DNA of 64,000 nucleotides from Candidatus Latescibacterota bacterium (GCA_965203355.1 OZ241889.1:672001-736000), one strand, 5' to 3'. Positions 21,685 through 30,093 are shown, counted from the stretch's first letter. Program-made: numbers and translations. The notes: generated by a model not told the origin, from the sequence alone.

Positions 21685-23046
21685 TTGATACAGCCGGATA
21701 CTGTTGTCGCTATCTCTACGCCACGAGGGGAGGGGGGTATCGGGATAGTGCGTTTGAGCGGGCCAGAGGCCCTAGCGATAGGCCAACAGATTTTTCGGTC
21801 TCGTCCTCCGCTCGGCAAGCGAGTCCGATATGTCGAATATGGGCGTATATGGGCTGGTAGTCGAGCAATTGACACAGGCGTGGCTTGGGTCTTTGCAGCA
21901 CCTCATTCTTATACTGGTGAAGATACCGTTGAGATTAGCTGCCACGGCAGTATGGTCGTATTAGAGTCAGTCGTCGAGGAAGCACTTCGATTGGGGGCTG
22001 TCGCCGCTGCCCCAGGAGAGTTTACCCGTCGAGCGTTTCTCAATGGCCGATTGGACTTAGTAGAAGCTGAGGCTGTAATTGACCTCATCCAAGCCAGTTC
22101 TAAGGCGCATCTCGACAATGCCTATGGATTGGCCAGTGGCCGTCTATCTAAGATGGTAAAAGAGCTTAAGAATCAGTTGGTTAAGATGATCTCACTGCTT
22201 GAGATCGGACTCGATTTTTCCGACGAAGACATCGATAGGATTGGACGTCAAGAAGTACAGACCGCCCTGCGCGAGGTGGTTGAGTCTTCTTTGCGGCTTG
22301 CCGAAACATTCGAGGGAACAAGGCGTCGCCAAGAGGGATATCTAGTCGTACTCATCGGGCGTCCCAATGTCGGTAAGTCTACATTGCTCAACGTGTTACT
22401 CGGCGAAGATCGGGCCATAGTTACCCCCTTACCAGGAACGACGCGGGACTTAGTAGAAGGTCGGACTACGTGGGCAGGAGAGACGATCCGGCTAGTCGAT
22501 ACGGCTGGGATCAGGCAAAGCCACAACCTGATCGAAAAAAGGGGAATTGAACGAGCGGCACAGGCGATTGGGGAAGCGGATGTGGTTTTAGCGGTATTTG
22601 ACAGTTCGACTGAATCGCGTGAGGACGATATGGCTGTATTGGACCTGATTCTGCCGGACAAGAAGTCAATTGCTGTCTTCAACAAAATCGACTTGCCGGG
22701 TGCTAGCACCAGATCTAAAATTGAAGCACGGGTCTCGGTATCTATTGAAATATCAGCACTTAGGGAGTTCGATATTGAAAAGTTAAAGAGAGAAGTGGCG
22801 ACCCAGTTGCCACATAGGGCGGGAGCAGATGGGATCGGAATCACTCGCCAGCACCACCAAGATTGCTTGCTGCGAGTAGCTAAATCTGGTGCTATCGCAG
22901 AAGAGCTTCTGAAGTCTAGCCAGCCCGATGAGTGCGTCGTTGCCGAACTTCAGGACGCCTTGAATGCCTTGGGTGAGATGCTGGGAGAGACAGTAGAAGA
23001 AGAGGTTCTCGATTCCATCTTTTCCCAGTTTTGCATTGGCAAGTAA
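21685..23046 (+). CDS. mnmE: tRNA modification GTPase MnmE (TrmE)
   Basis: DTVVAISTP, SYTGED, GEFTRRAFLNG, GRPNVGKS, DTAG, C-terminal FCIGK. Confidence 0.97.
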   Translation: MIQPDTVVAISTPRGEGGIGIVRLSGPEALAIGQQIFRSRPPLGKRVRYVEYGRIWAGSRAIDTGVAWVFAAPHSYTGEDTVEISCHGSMVVLESVVEEALRLGAVAAAPGEFTRRAFLNGRLDLVEAEAVIDLIQASSKAHLDNAYGLASGRLSKMVKELKNQLVKMISLLEIGLDFSDEDIDRIGRQEVQTALREVVESSLRLAETFEGTRRRQEGYLVVLIGRPNVGKSTLLNVLLGEDRAIVTPLPGTTRDLVEGRTTWAGETIRLVDTAGIRQSHNLIEKRGIERAAQAIGEADVVLAVFDSSTESREDDMAVLDLILPDKKSIAVFNKIDLPGASTRSKIEARVSVSIEISALREFDIEKLKREVATQLPHRAGADGIGITRQHHQDCLLRVAKSGAIAEELLKSSQPDECVVAELQDALNALGEMLGETVEEEVLDSIFSQFCIGK

Positions 23047-23062
23047 TGTTCCACGTGGAACA
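23047..23062. promoter_or_regulatory. parS: parS site 1 (ParB binding)
   Basis: Perfect palindrome TGTTCCACGTGGAACA. Confidence 0.92.
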
Positions 23063-23108
23063 ACTGAGTTGGTTCGGTGCGGTTTAGAAGAGTCGGTAAG
23101 AGGTTCCA

Positions 23109-23124
23109 TGTTTCACGTGGAACA
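23109..23124. promoter_or_regulatory. parS: parS site 2
   Basis: TGTTTCACGTGGAACA within extended palindrome CCATGTTTCACGTGGAACATGG. Confidence 0.92.
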
Positions 23125-23133
23125 TGGTTGGAT

Positions 23134-23739
23134 ATGATGATCGAACTGCCGTCTGAAATATGCGAGGATTTCAATAAATTAAAAAGAGAAGGAATTATCT
23201 CTTGTTCTCTTGAGGATTTCTGGCCCAAGCTAGAGATATATCTACGTCTCTTGGATCAGTGGTCAAGAAGAATCAATCTGGTCTCGCAGGGAGACTGGTC
23301 CGTCCTAGCAACCAAGCACTTGAGACAGGCATTGACTATGGTTCCGGTTGTGGCAAGTATTCCTCGCCGGCTGGTTATGGATCTGGGATCTGGAGCTGGC
23401 TTACCGGCCATTCCCTTGAAGATCGCTCTCTCCGACTCGCACTTTGTGCTCGTCGAGAGTAGGAGAAAGCGGGCGCACTTTCTCAGGGAGGTTGTGCGAT
23501 CTGTGGGGCTTGACCGCATAGAGGTTGTAAACGAGCGGATAGAGAGTTTGAGTCCAGTGGGTGCGGACCTGGTAACGGCGAGAGCTGTGGCTTCTCCTGA
23601 TAAACTGCTTGCTTTAGTACAAAGACATTTATCTCCTCACGGCTGGATTCTTTCAACGCTTAAAAAAGATGCTGCTCATTCGGAGTTGTTGGCATGGAGG
23701 TCCGATAAGGTGAGTAGTGCATTAGGGCTATTCTACTAA
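23134..23739 (+). CDS. rsmG: 16S rRNA m7G527 methyltransferase RsmG (GidB)
   Basis: WSRRINLVS, DLGSGAGLP, LVESRRKR, VTARAV; start placed downstream of the parS sites. Confidence 0.92.
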   Translation: MMIELPSEICEDFNKLKREGIISCSLEDFWPKLEIYLRLLDQWSRRINLVSQGDWSVLATKHLRQALTMVPVVASIPRRLVMDLGSGAGLPAIPLKIALSDSHFVLVESRRKRAHFLREVVRSVGLDRIEVVNERIESLSPVGADLVTARAVASPDKLLALVQRHLSPHGWILSTLKKDAAHSELLAWRSDKVSSALGLFY

Positions 23740-23761
23740 TTGCCGGATGTTCCGAGTGTGG

Positions 23762-23930
23762 TTTTACACATACTTATCCACACTCAAGACTAAAAGAATT
23801 GTGAGATTGAGGCCTTTTGTAAGGACGTATATGTCTAATTTAATCCAATAGATAGGCCATAATTTAGCTAACCATTGAGTGGAGACGATGAGGAGTGATG
23901 TGGAAAACTGGTTCTTAGGGAAGTGGAAAA
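23762..23930. promoter_or_regulatory. Second DnaA-box cluster
   Basis: TTTTACACA 23762-23770 and TTATCCACA 23774-23782; reverse boxes TGTGGAAAA 23899-23907 and AGTGGAAAA 23922-23930; AT-rich spacer. Confidence 0.7.
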
Positions 23931-24044
23931 CTCAGCGGTAAATCCTTTGGAGAAAAAGAAAAAAACAAGTATATTTTTAACGTAGTTTCCGAGGACAAGG
24001 GTTCTCAATAGCGACTCTCAAGCGTCTGTGAAGTAGGTTCTTTT

Positions 24045-24662
24045 TTGCTAGATAAATATCTGAAAAAGTGGTGTTTGGTCATCCTTAGGCCGTTGGCGCG
24101 TTTATTTATTCGCTTGGGCTTCAGACCTGATTGGCTGACGCTGATGGGGCTAGTTATGAACGTGGGGGCGACTGTGGCGTTTGCCAAGGGTCATCTGCAA
24201 TGGGGGGCTCTCATTATGATAGTGGCGGGCCTCTGCGACATCTTGGATGGACAAGTTGCAAGAGAGGGCCACAAAGAGACCAAGTTCGGAGCCTTATTAG
24301 ATTCGACGACAGATCGATACTCTGAGATATTTATTTATTTTGGAATCGGTGCGTATTTGATTGGCTGCGATGAGTGGATTGCCTCGGGGATTCTCTTTTT
24401 TGCCATTACTGGTTCGCTGATGGTTAGTTATGTAAGGGCGCGTGCAGAGGGGCTGGGCGAGGATTGCAAGGTGGGCTTCATGCAGCGCCCAGAACGTCTA
24501 ACGGCTTTGGCTATGGGGAGCCTGATAGGCCACCAAGGTTTGGTTTTCGCGCTGGTTCTATTGGCCGTTACGACCAATTATACGGTTGTTGAGCGCCTTG
24601 CTCATATTCGCAACAGGCTGAAATCAGGTCCCAATTCGCCCGCCTCTGTCCAGCAGTCCTGA
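24045..24662 (+). CDS. CDP-alcohol phosphatidyltransferase family protein
   Basis: DILDGQVAR...FGALLDSTTDR motif; SYVRARAE...RPER. Confidence 0.9.
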   Translation: MLDKYLKKWCLVILRPLARLFIRLGFRPDWLTLMGLVMNVGATVAFAKGHLQWGALIMIVAGLCDILDGQVAREGHKETKFGALLDSTTDRYSEIFIYFGIGAYLIGCDEWIASGILFFAITGSLMVSYVRARAEGLGEDCKVGFMQRPERLTALAMGSLIGHQGLVFALVLLAVTTNYTVVERLAHIRNRLKSGPNSPASVQQS

Positions 24663-24680
24663 CAAACTTCTCCTGCCGTC

Positions 24681-25361
24681 GTGTCTCGGGGTCATTTCAT
24701 CGTTTTTGAAGGAATTGATGGGAGTGGAACTACGACCCAATCCCATTTGCTGGCGTCGTACTTAAAGGAAGCGGGTTTTCCAGTTATACTCACCAGAGAG
24801 CCCGGCGAGACGCCGATTGGAGAGCGGATTCGCCAGCTTGTTCTCGATCCAAGACAGGAGGCTATATCCCATGTGGCGGAGCTTTTCCTCTATGGAGCTG
24901 ATCGTGCCCAGCATGTAGAAGAGGTAATTCAACCATCGCTAGACCAAGGGAAAGTAGTTATTTGCGACCGCTACATCGCATCATCGCTAGCTTATCAGGG
25001 GTATGGGCGCGGCTTGGACCTAAAAATGGTCGAGCAAGTCAATAATCTGGCAGTAGGGAAATGTTTGCCGGAATCGACTATATACTTGGACGTACCCGTA
25101 GAAGTGACTTGGGCGCGGGTAAATCGCCAGTGGGATTTATTTAGACAAGAGGATTCATTTGCTCCCCGTGCTGAGGATCGCTTGGAGGAAGCCGGCGGAG
25201 AAAAGCTGCAAAAGAAAGTCGCCAGGGGTTACAAAAAGATCGCCGCGAGAGATGAGAATGCCTTGATTTTTGACGCGAAGCTCGAAATAGACCGATTGGC
25301 CGAAGATATTCGGAATGCGCTACGTCGGCAGTGGCCGTGGTTTCCCGAGGAGAAAAAGTAG
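24681..25361 (+). CDS. tmk: Thymidylate kinase
   Basis: FIVFEGIDGSG, TREPG, DRAQH, CDRY..SSLAYQGYGRG. Confidence 0.93.
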   Translation: MSRGHFIVFEGIDGSGTTTQSHLLASYLKEAGFPVILTREPGETPIGERIRQLVLDPRQEAISHVAELFLYGADRAQHVEEVIQPSLDQGKVVICDRYIASSLAYQGYGRGLDLKMVEQVNNLAVGKCLPESTIYLDVPVEVTWARVNRQWDLFRQEDSFAPRAEDRLEEAGGEKLQKKVARGYKKIAARDENALIFDAKLEIDRLAEDIRNALRRQWPWFPEEKK

Positions 25362-25363
25362 TT

Positions 25364-27220
25364 ATGCGATACCTCTTAGTCTGCTTGATTTTTTCATACG
25401 CCAGTGCAAACGCAATCCAGGCTGCGCCTACGGAAGATCCGTATGCGGAGGTAAATGCTAGTTGGGAGCGTTTCGGGGCCGTGTATTCGCGCATTCTGGA
25501 AAACTATTACGCACGTCTGGACCAAGGGGAGGTTATGAGCGCAGCCATCAAGGGCATGCTCGGCCGACTGGATCCATACAGCGAGTATTACGACGAGGAG
25601 GGTTTGCGGCAGTTGCGTCAAGACACGACGGGCAAGTTCGCGGGATTGGGGATCACAGTTGCCATAAAAGATCGCTTTCCCGTGGTAATTTCCCCTATTG
25701 AAGATACACCTGCCTTTCGAGCTGGGCTGAGACCGGGAGATTTGATTGTCGCTGTGGAGGGCAAAAGTACCTTGGATATGCAGCTTGAATCTGTGGTCAA
25801 CGCGCTACGCGGAGAACCTGGTACAAAGGTCGCAATCTCGGTCGCGCCCCACTTGGGAGCCACGCCGCACGAAGTTGAAATTCAACGGGAAATAATCACG
25901 ATCAAGAGTGTTGTGTTAGTAGAGGAACTTCGAGAAAAAATCGGTTATATAAGTATGCGCCAGACGCGTTTTTCCGAGCATACCTCCAGCGAAGTGGAAG
26001 AAGCTATAAAAAGCCTCCCTCGGGTTGAAGGGCTGATTTTAGATCTGCGAGGAAATCCCGGTGGCTTGCTTAGCCAAGCCACCCAAGTTGCCGATTTGTT
26101 TTTACCCCAAGGAGTGCCGATCGTTTCGGTTAAGGAACGCGATGGGCGGAGAGAAGAGGTCAAGTATTCTCACCGTCATTCTATTGTGCGCAATGTGCCC
26201 TTGGTGGTTCTGATTGACGAGGGAAGTGCCAGTGCGTCCGAAATCGTTGCTGGAGCCATCCAAGACAACGACCGAGGCGTGGTTGTCGGAGCGGCATCAT
26301 TCGGCAAAGGTTCGGTACAGACCATTTTCGACCTACGTGAACGCGAAGAAGAAGCCAGTGCCTTAAAGCTGACGACGGCACTCTACTACGCGCCCAGTGG
26401 ACGCAGTATTCACCGAGAACAGGACATTGCCATGCCCGTACATAGCGTTCTGTTCGGCGATAGGGAGCTACCGTATCAGTTGGTGATGGACCTTGTTTTG
26501 CGTTCAGAGAATAGAACTAAGGCCCTTTCTGCGCTCCAATCTCATTTTGATATGGATTCTGAGTCCGCAGAGCGCCTTCTCTTGGTCCGTTTGGGCGATT
26601 TAGTGGGTAAGTCCAAGCTCGGGACGACTGGATTGCCGGATAGTACGGCAAACCAAACCTATTATACCCAGCGAGGTCGCAAGGTCTTCGGGGGCGGTGG
26701 GATCAAGCCCGATATTAGCGTTGAGTCGGAACCATTTCCCCCTTATGTGCAAGAGTTAGAGCGTCGTCGGCTGTTCTTCGACTTTGTCATAGATTACGTC
26801 TCGGCCGACTCGTCTTGGGTCGAGGAATATCCAGCCCTGACCGTCAGCGATGAGATGGTTGCGGGCTTTATGGAGTTCGTCCGCACTGAGGACATAAGTC
26901 TAGACCAAGGCCAGAAAGGATTGAATCAAATAGCAGAACTTGAGGACTTGGCGGACAAAATGGATTGGGGGGAGGCTGCACAGGAGTCGATCCAGCAGCT
27001 ACGAGCCCAGGTGAAGCAGGATTGGGAGCGACGGTATAGCAGCGAGTTGGAACCGTATATCAAGAATGCTTTACGTCGAGAACTAATCTTGCGCTTCAGG
27101 GGGAGAAAAGCCCAACTACTTGAAGGATTGCAGGAGGATGTGCAGCTAGCCAAGGCGATAGAGGTGCTGGCAGACCAAGACCAGTATCTGGGGATATTGG
27201 CCGCGGAGGAAGCCAAGTGA
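25364..27220 (+). CDS. S41 carboxy-terminal processing protease (CtpA/Prc-like) with PDZ domain
   Basis: LDPYS, ILDLRGNPGGLL, SASASEIVAGAIQD, FGKGSVQ; signal peptide. Confidence 0.93.
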   Translation: MRYLLVCLIFSYASANAIQAAPTEDPYAEVNASWERFGAVYSRILENYYARLDQGEVMSAAIKGMLGRLDPYSEYYDEEGLRQLRQDTTGKFAGLGITVAIKDRFPVVISPIEDTPAFRAGLRPGDLIVAVEGKSTLDMQLESVVNALRGEPGTKVAISVAPHLGATPHEVEIQREIITIKSVVLVEELREKIGYISMRQTRFSEHTSSEVEEAIKSLPRVEGLILDLRGNPGGLLSQATQVADLFLPQGVPIVSVKERDGRREEVKYSHRHSIVRNVPLVVLIDEGSASASEIVAGAIQDNDRGVVVGAASFGKGSVQTIFDLREREEEASALKLTTALYYAPSGRSIHREQDIAMPVHSVLFGDRELPYQLVMDLVLRSENRTKALSALQSHFDMDSESAERLLLVRLGDLVGKSKLGTTGLPDSTANQTYYTQRGRKVFGGGGIKPDISVESEPFPPYVQELERRRLFFDFVIDYVSADSSWVEEYPALTVSDEMVAGFMEFVRTEDISLDQGQKGLNQIAELEDLADKMDWGEAAQESIQQLRAQVKQDWERRYSSELEPYIKNALRRELILRFRGRKAQLLEGLQEDVQLAKAIEVLADQDQYLGILAAEEAK

Positions 27221-27355
27221 ACGGCGATAAGCGGGGCGTTGAAATCGCCGATAACAAATAGTAATAGTGGTCATTTTGATCATATTATATTGCTATTTAT
27301 ATTCACTTAGCTTCACAACCTTGCATAGCTACTTATTCGATTGTAGTGTACCACT

Positions 27356-27973
27356 ATGGTTCTGATGGAAGTCAAAGGGGTCTTAAGCAGCAAATCTCTA
27401 TCTTTATATCCCGAAGTAGTACTCAAAGAAGTCGAAGGCAACTCTTATCTGCACATTGTCATCGGCCGCTTTGAGGCAGCAGCTATTTCCACAGCCCATA
27501 GCAAGCAGCAACCTGTACGCCCCATCAGCTACGATCTAGCCCATCAGATTCTCGCCCACGTTGACGCCCGGGTAATCCGGGTCGAAATTACGGACTTTAA
27601 CTCATGTGAGAGAACGTACTACGCCGAGATTCACCTCGTTGACGACGAGGGCAACACTCATACATTCGACGCACGTCCCAGCGATGCCATTGCCCTAGCC
27701 CTGCGCTTTGGCGCACCGATCTACGCTGCCGTCAAGGTACTCGAAGACGTGGGATGTGTTCATTCTGACGACGATGAATGGGTTACGGCTGAAGTTGATG
27801 CTATCACCAAATCCGTGGCCACACCGAGGAAAGAGCACCCTACTATCGCCACATCAGCCGTCAATCAGCTAGAACAACTCAAAAGACGCATGCACCAAGC
27901 GATTGCCGAAGAAATCTACGAGGAGGCGGCACGGCTTCGCGACGAGATTAGTCGCCTCAATGGAGATGACTAA
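27356..27973 (+). CDS. Bifunctional nuclease (DUF151) with C-terminal UVR motif, paralog 1
   Basis: IVIGRFEAAAI, RPISYDL, DARPSDAIALALR; C-terminal AIAEEIYEEAARLRDEI. Confidence 0.88.
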   Translation: MVLMEVKGVLSSKSLSLYPEVVLKEVEGNSYLHIVIGRFEAAAISTAHSKQQPVRPISYDLAHQILAHVDARVIRVEITDFNSCERTYYAEIHLVDDEGNTHTFDARPSDAIALALRFGAPIYAAVKVLEDVGCVHSDDDEWVTAEVDAITKSVATPRKEHPTIATSAVNQLEQLKRRMHQAIAEEIYEEAARLRDEISRLNGDD

Positions 27974-28668
27974 TGGGTACTACCTCTTTAGTCGAGATGA
28001 CCGTGGTCAAGGTGAGCCCCTACCTGCGCGAGGACAGACCCTTGGTATGGTTGAGCGAGAAGAACGGTAACCTCCCGCGGCTCCTGCCCATTCCCATCGG
28101 CGAATTTGAAGCGGCCGCCATTAGGATGCGGCTGGAAAACGATAGACCCATACGCCCAATTTCTTACGACTTGCTCGCCTCTATGGTAAATTCCCTTGCG
28201 ATACGCGTACGCCAAGTTGTCATCCACAACGTGCGCCGCTCCATTTACTACGCAAGAGTCGTTATTGAGAAGAATCACACGATAAAAGACGTCGACGCAC
28301 GTCCCAGCGATGCCATCGCTCTGGCCTTGCGCACGGGTTCGCCAATCTACGTTGCTCCTGCGTTGCTCAACGAGGTGGGCTTGGAGCCTTTGGAAACCGA
28401 CTTGGATGTTGGACACACCCTGAACCGCTTGTACGAACTTGAAGCGCAGATTTCCATGCCGCTCAATGCAGAAGCTGACTCGGGCAAGGTCCGCTCGCCG
28501 AAGCGGAACGCCGAAGCGGCTAACGCTCAACACCCGCCGAATGAAGAGAAAGACGAGCTCGGCCTGCTTCAATATCGGCTACAGCAGGCCGTCATATGCG
28601 AAGAATACGAAGAAGCGGCTCGTCTGCGCGACGCTATTGAATCGCTAGCTAAAAAAACCAAGCGTTGA
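27973..28668 (+). CDS. Bifunctional nuclease (DUF151) with C-terminal UVR motif, paralog 2
   Basis: LPIPIGEFEAAAI, RPISYDL, DARPSDAIALALR; C-terminal EEYEEAARLRDAI; TAATG coupling to paralog 1. Confidence 0.88.
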   Translation: MGTTSLVEMTVVKVSPYLREDRPLVWLSEKNGNLPRLLPIPIGEFEAAAIRMRLENDRPIRPISYDLLASMVNSLAIRVRQVVIHNVRRSIYYARVVIEKNHTIKDVDARPSDAIALALRTGSPIYVAPALLNEVGLEPLETDLDVGHTLNRLYELEAQISMPLNAEADSGKVRSPKRNAEAANAQHPPNEEKDELGLLQYRLQQAVICEEYEEAARLRDAIESLAKKTKR

Positions 28669-28748
28669 TCCCAATCCGGGTGGACGCAGACCTAACACCT
28701 ACCGAGTAACTGAAGTTGCCCAAGATACTGATTTGTGTGCTGCATACA

Positions 28749-29198
28749 ATGGCCCTACAACTATTTGTTTGTCTCGCCCTGCTCCTCGGCTGCAATAGCG
28801 AAGACATAGACCAACGTTTCTCGCATCCGGCCCAGACCTTCCAGACCTACAGGTCCGCGTTAGAAAACAGCGACTTTGACCTGCTTTGGGAATGTTTCAG
28901 TTCTTCGCAAGTGGCGGGCGAAGACCGTCAGAGCTTTGTCGAACGCTGGCGTCTTTTGCCGCCGGCCGAGATCAAGGCTCAACTGCGGCGAGAAATCGCC
29001 GAAGAGCGCATCATCAACGAGCGCATCGGTTACTTGCTCTTCGATTCCTCTACGCTAGGCGATGAGCGAACATCGCCATTTTTTTATTTTCTTCGCGATT
29101 CCAGTGGTTGGAAAATCACTTCCCACCTAGACAGCACCTTCCACCAAGAGTTAGAGCAAGCCATTGAGCGCGGCGAGTACAAACTGCCCGACTTCTAA
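28749..29198 (+). CDS. Hypothetical lipoprotein (possibly NTF2-like)
   Basis: Signal MALQLFVCLALLLG-C; FF..RDSSGWKI ending resembles NTF2-like lipoproteins; start uncertain (28716 or 28749). Confidence 0.6.
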   Translation: MALQLFVCLALLLGCNSEDIDQRFSHPAQTFQTYRSALENSDFDLLWECFSSSQVAGEDRQSFVERWRLLPPAEIKAQLRREIAEERIINERIGYLLFDSSTLGDERTSPFFYFLRDSSGWKITSHLDSTFHQELEQAIERGEYKLPDF

Positions 29199-29213
29199 CT
29201 CTTTTCTTTTTGC

Positions 29214-29747
29214 TCATCTAGGCGGCTCTAAGTTCCAAGTCCCGATAATGCCCATTATCATATCCCACTGCTTGTCGTCCATCGCGTCTACCAGAGCGAG
29301 CAGGCGTAACACATCGCGATCCTTCTGCTTATTGCGCGCCCGGGCAACGGCCTCCAACCACGGTTGGTCCCCGAGCAGAGCCAAAATTTCTGGCTTCGAT
29401 AATATCCCCAAGAGGGCTGGGTCCAACGGCTCTTCGCTAGACAGGAGCTTGTTGATGACTGGGTCCGACAGCGAGCGCATCATCTTGCCATAGAGCGCAC
29501 GTCCTTCCTCCGAACTCGCCTTGGCCTCGTAAGCAGCAATCAACGCTCTATTAGAGTCGAGTTCCAAAACCTCGGCCAACTTGAGACACACTTCGTCGGA
29601 AGGAACCTTCTCCCCTTTCTCAATTTGTCCTATATAGGTTGCCCATACGCCCTTGGGCCTTCGCGCCGTTACAAGTTGTTCGGCCAATCCCTGCTGGCTT
29701 AGGTGGGCTTGTAGCCGGGCCTCCTTGATCATTTCTGCAAACTGCAT
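29214..29747 (-). CDS. XRE-family transcriptional regulator
   Basis: MQFAEMIKEAR...LSQQGLA...TYIGQIEKGEKVPS...KLAEVL; start set at the ATG after AAAGGGA. Confidence 0.85.
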   Translation of the reverse strand: MQFAEMIKEARLQAHLSQQGLAEQLVTARRPKGVWATYIGQIEKGEKVPSDEVCLKLAEVLELDSNRALIAAYEAKASSEEGRALYGKMMRSLSDPVINKLLSSEEPLDPALLGILSKPEILALLGDQPWLEAVARARNKQKDRDVLRLLALVDAMDDKQWDMIMGIIGTWNLEPPR

Positions 29748-29854
29748 TTGCGGTCCCTTTGAATTGTTTTCAACCATCTTCTCTGTCAAAGATACGCACA
29801 CACTTGTAAGTGTGCAAGACTCCATTGTCACTTTCTTTGGGTGTGTTTTTTCGC

Positions 29855-29883
29855 TTGACAACACAATCTAGCGTGTGTATTTT
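29855..29883 (+). promoter_or_regulatory. Sigma70 promoter driving the ncRNA, with an operator-like spacer
   Basis: TTGACA-N17-TATTTT; the spacer ACACAATCTAGCGTGTG resembles ACACACTTGTAAGTGTG at 29798-29814. Confidence 0.7.
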
Positions 29884-29890
29884 TGTTTTT

Positions 29891-30093
29891 GAGTAGAGTG
29901 TGGCGGTCCGCCAGCGTGGATAAAGTCTTGATACGCGAAGCTCGGATTTCCCTTTTCGGGCCGTTGAGATCTTCAAAACTACCTCCCCACACCGCCTCGT
30001 TTGAGGATCTCACTTGTGTTTCAAGATTACACCTGTTCGGCCGCCATACTCTTTATCTTATAAGCAGCCCATTTTTAGATGGGCTGCTTTTTT
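29891..30093 (+). ncRNA. Structured non-coding RNA of unknown family (6S-like rod or novel sRNA)
   Basis: Closing stem 29895-29908/30039-30052; inner helices GTCTTGA/TCAAGAT and ACGCGA/TTGTGT; side hairpin 29940-29961; 13-bp stem 29965-29977/30000-30012 with a 22-nt C-rich loop; G-U pairs favour the + strand; own promoter and terminator. Confidence 0.75.
30062..30093 (+). terminator. Rho-independent terminator
   Basis: AAGCAGCCCAT-loop-ATGGGCTGCTT followed by a T-tract. Confidence 0.88.

Noticed and set aside
23077-23133. N-terminal extension of RsmG (FHVSRGT)
   Set aside because: This is the parS palindrome read as codons; the ATG at 23134 or 23137 is more plausible.
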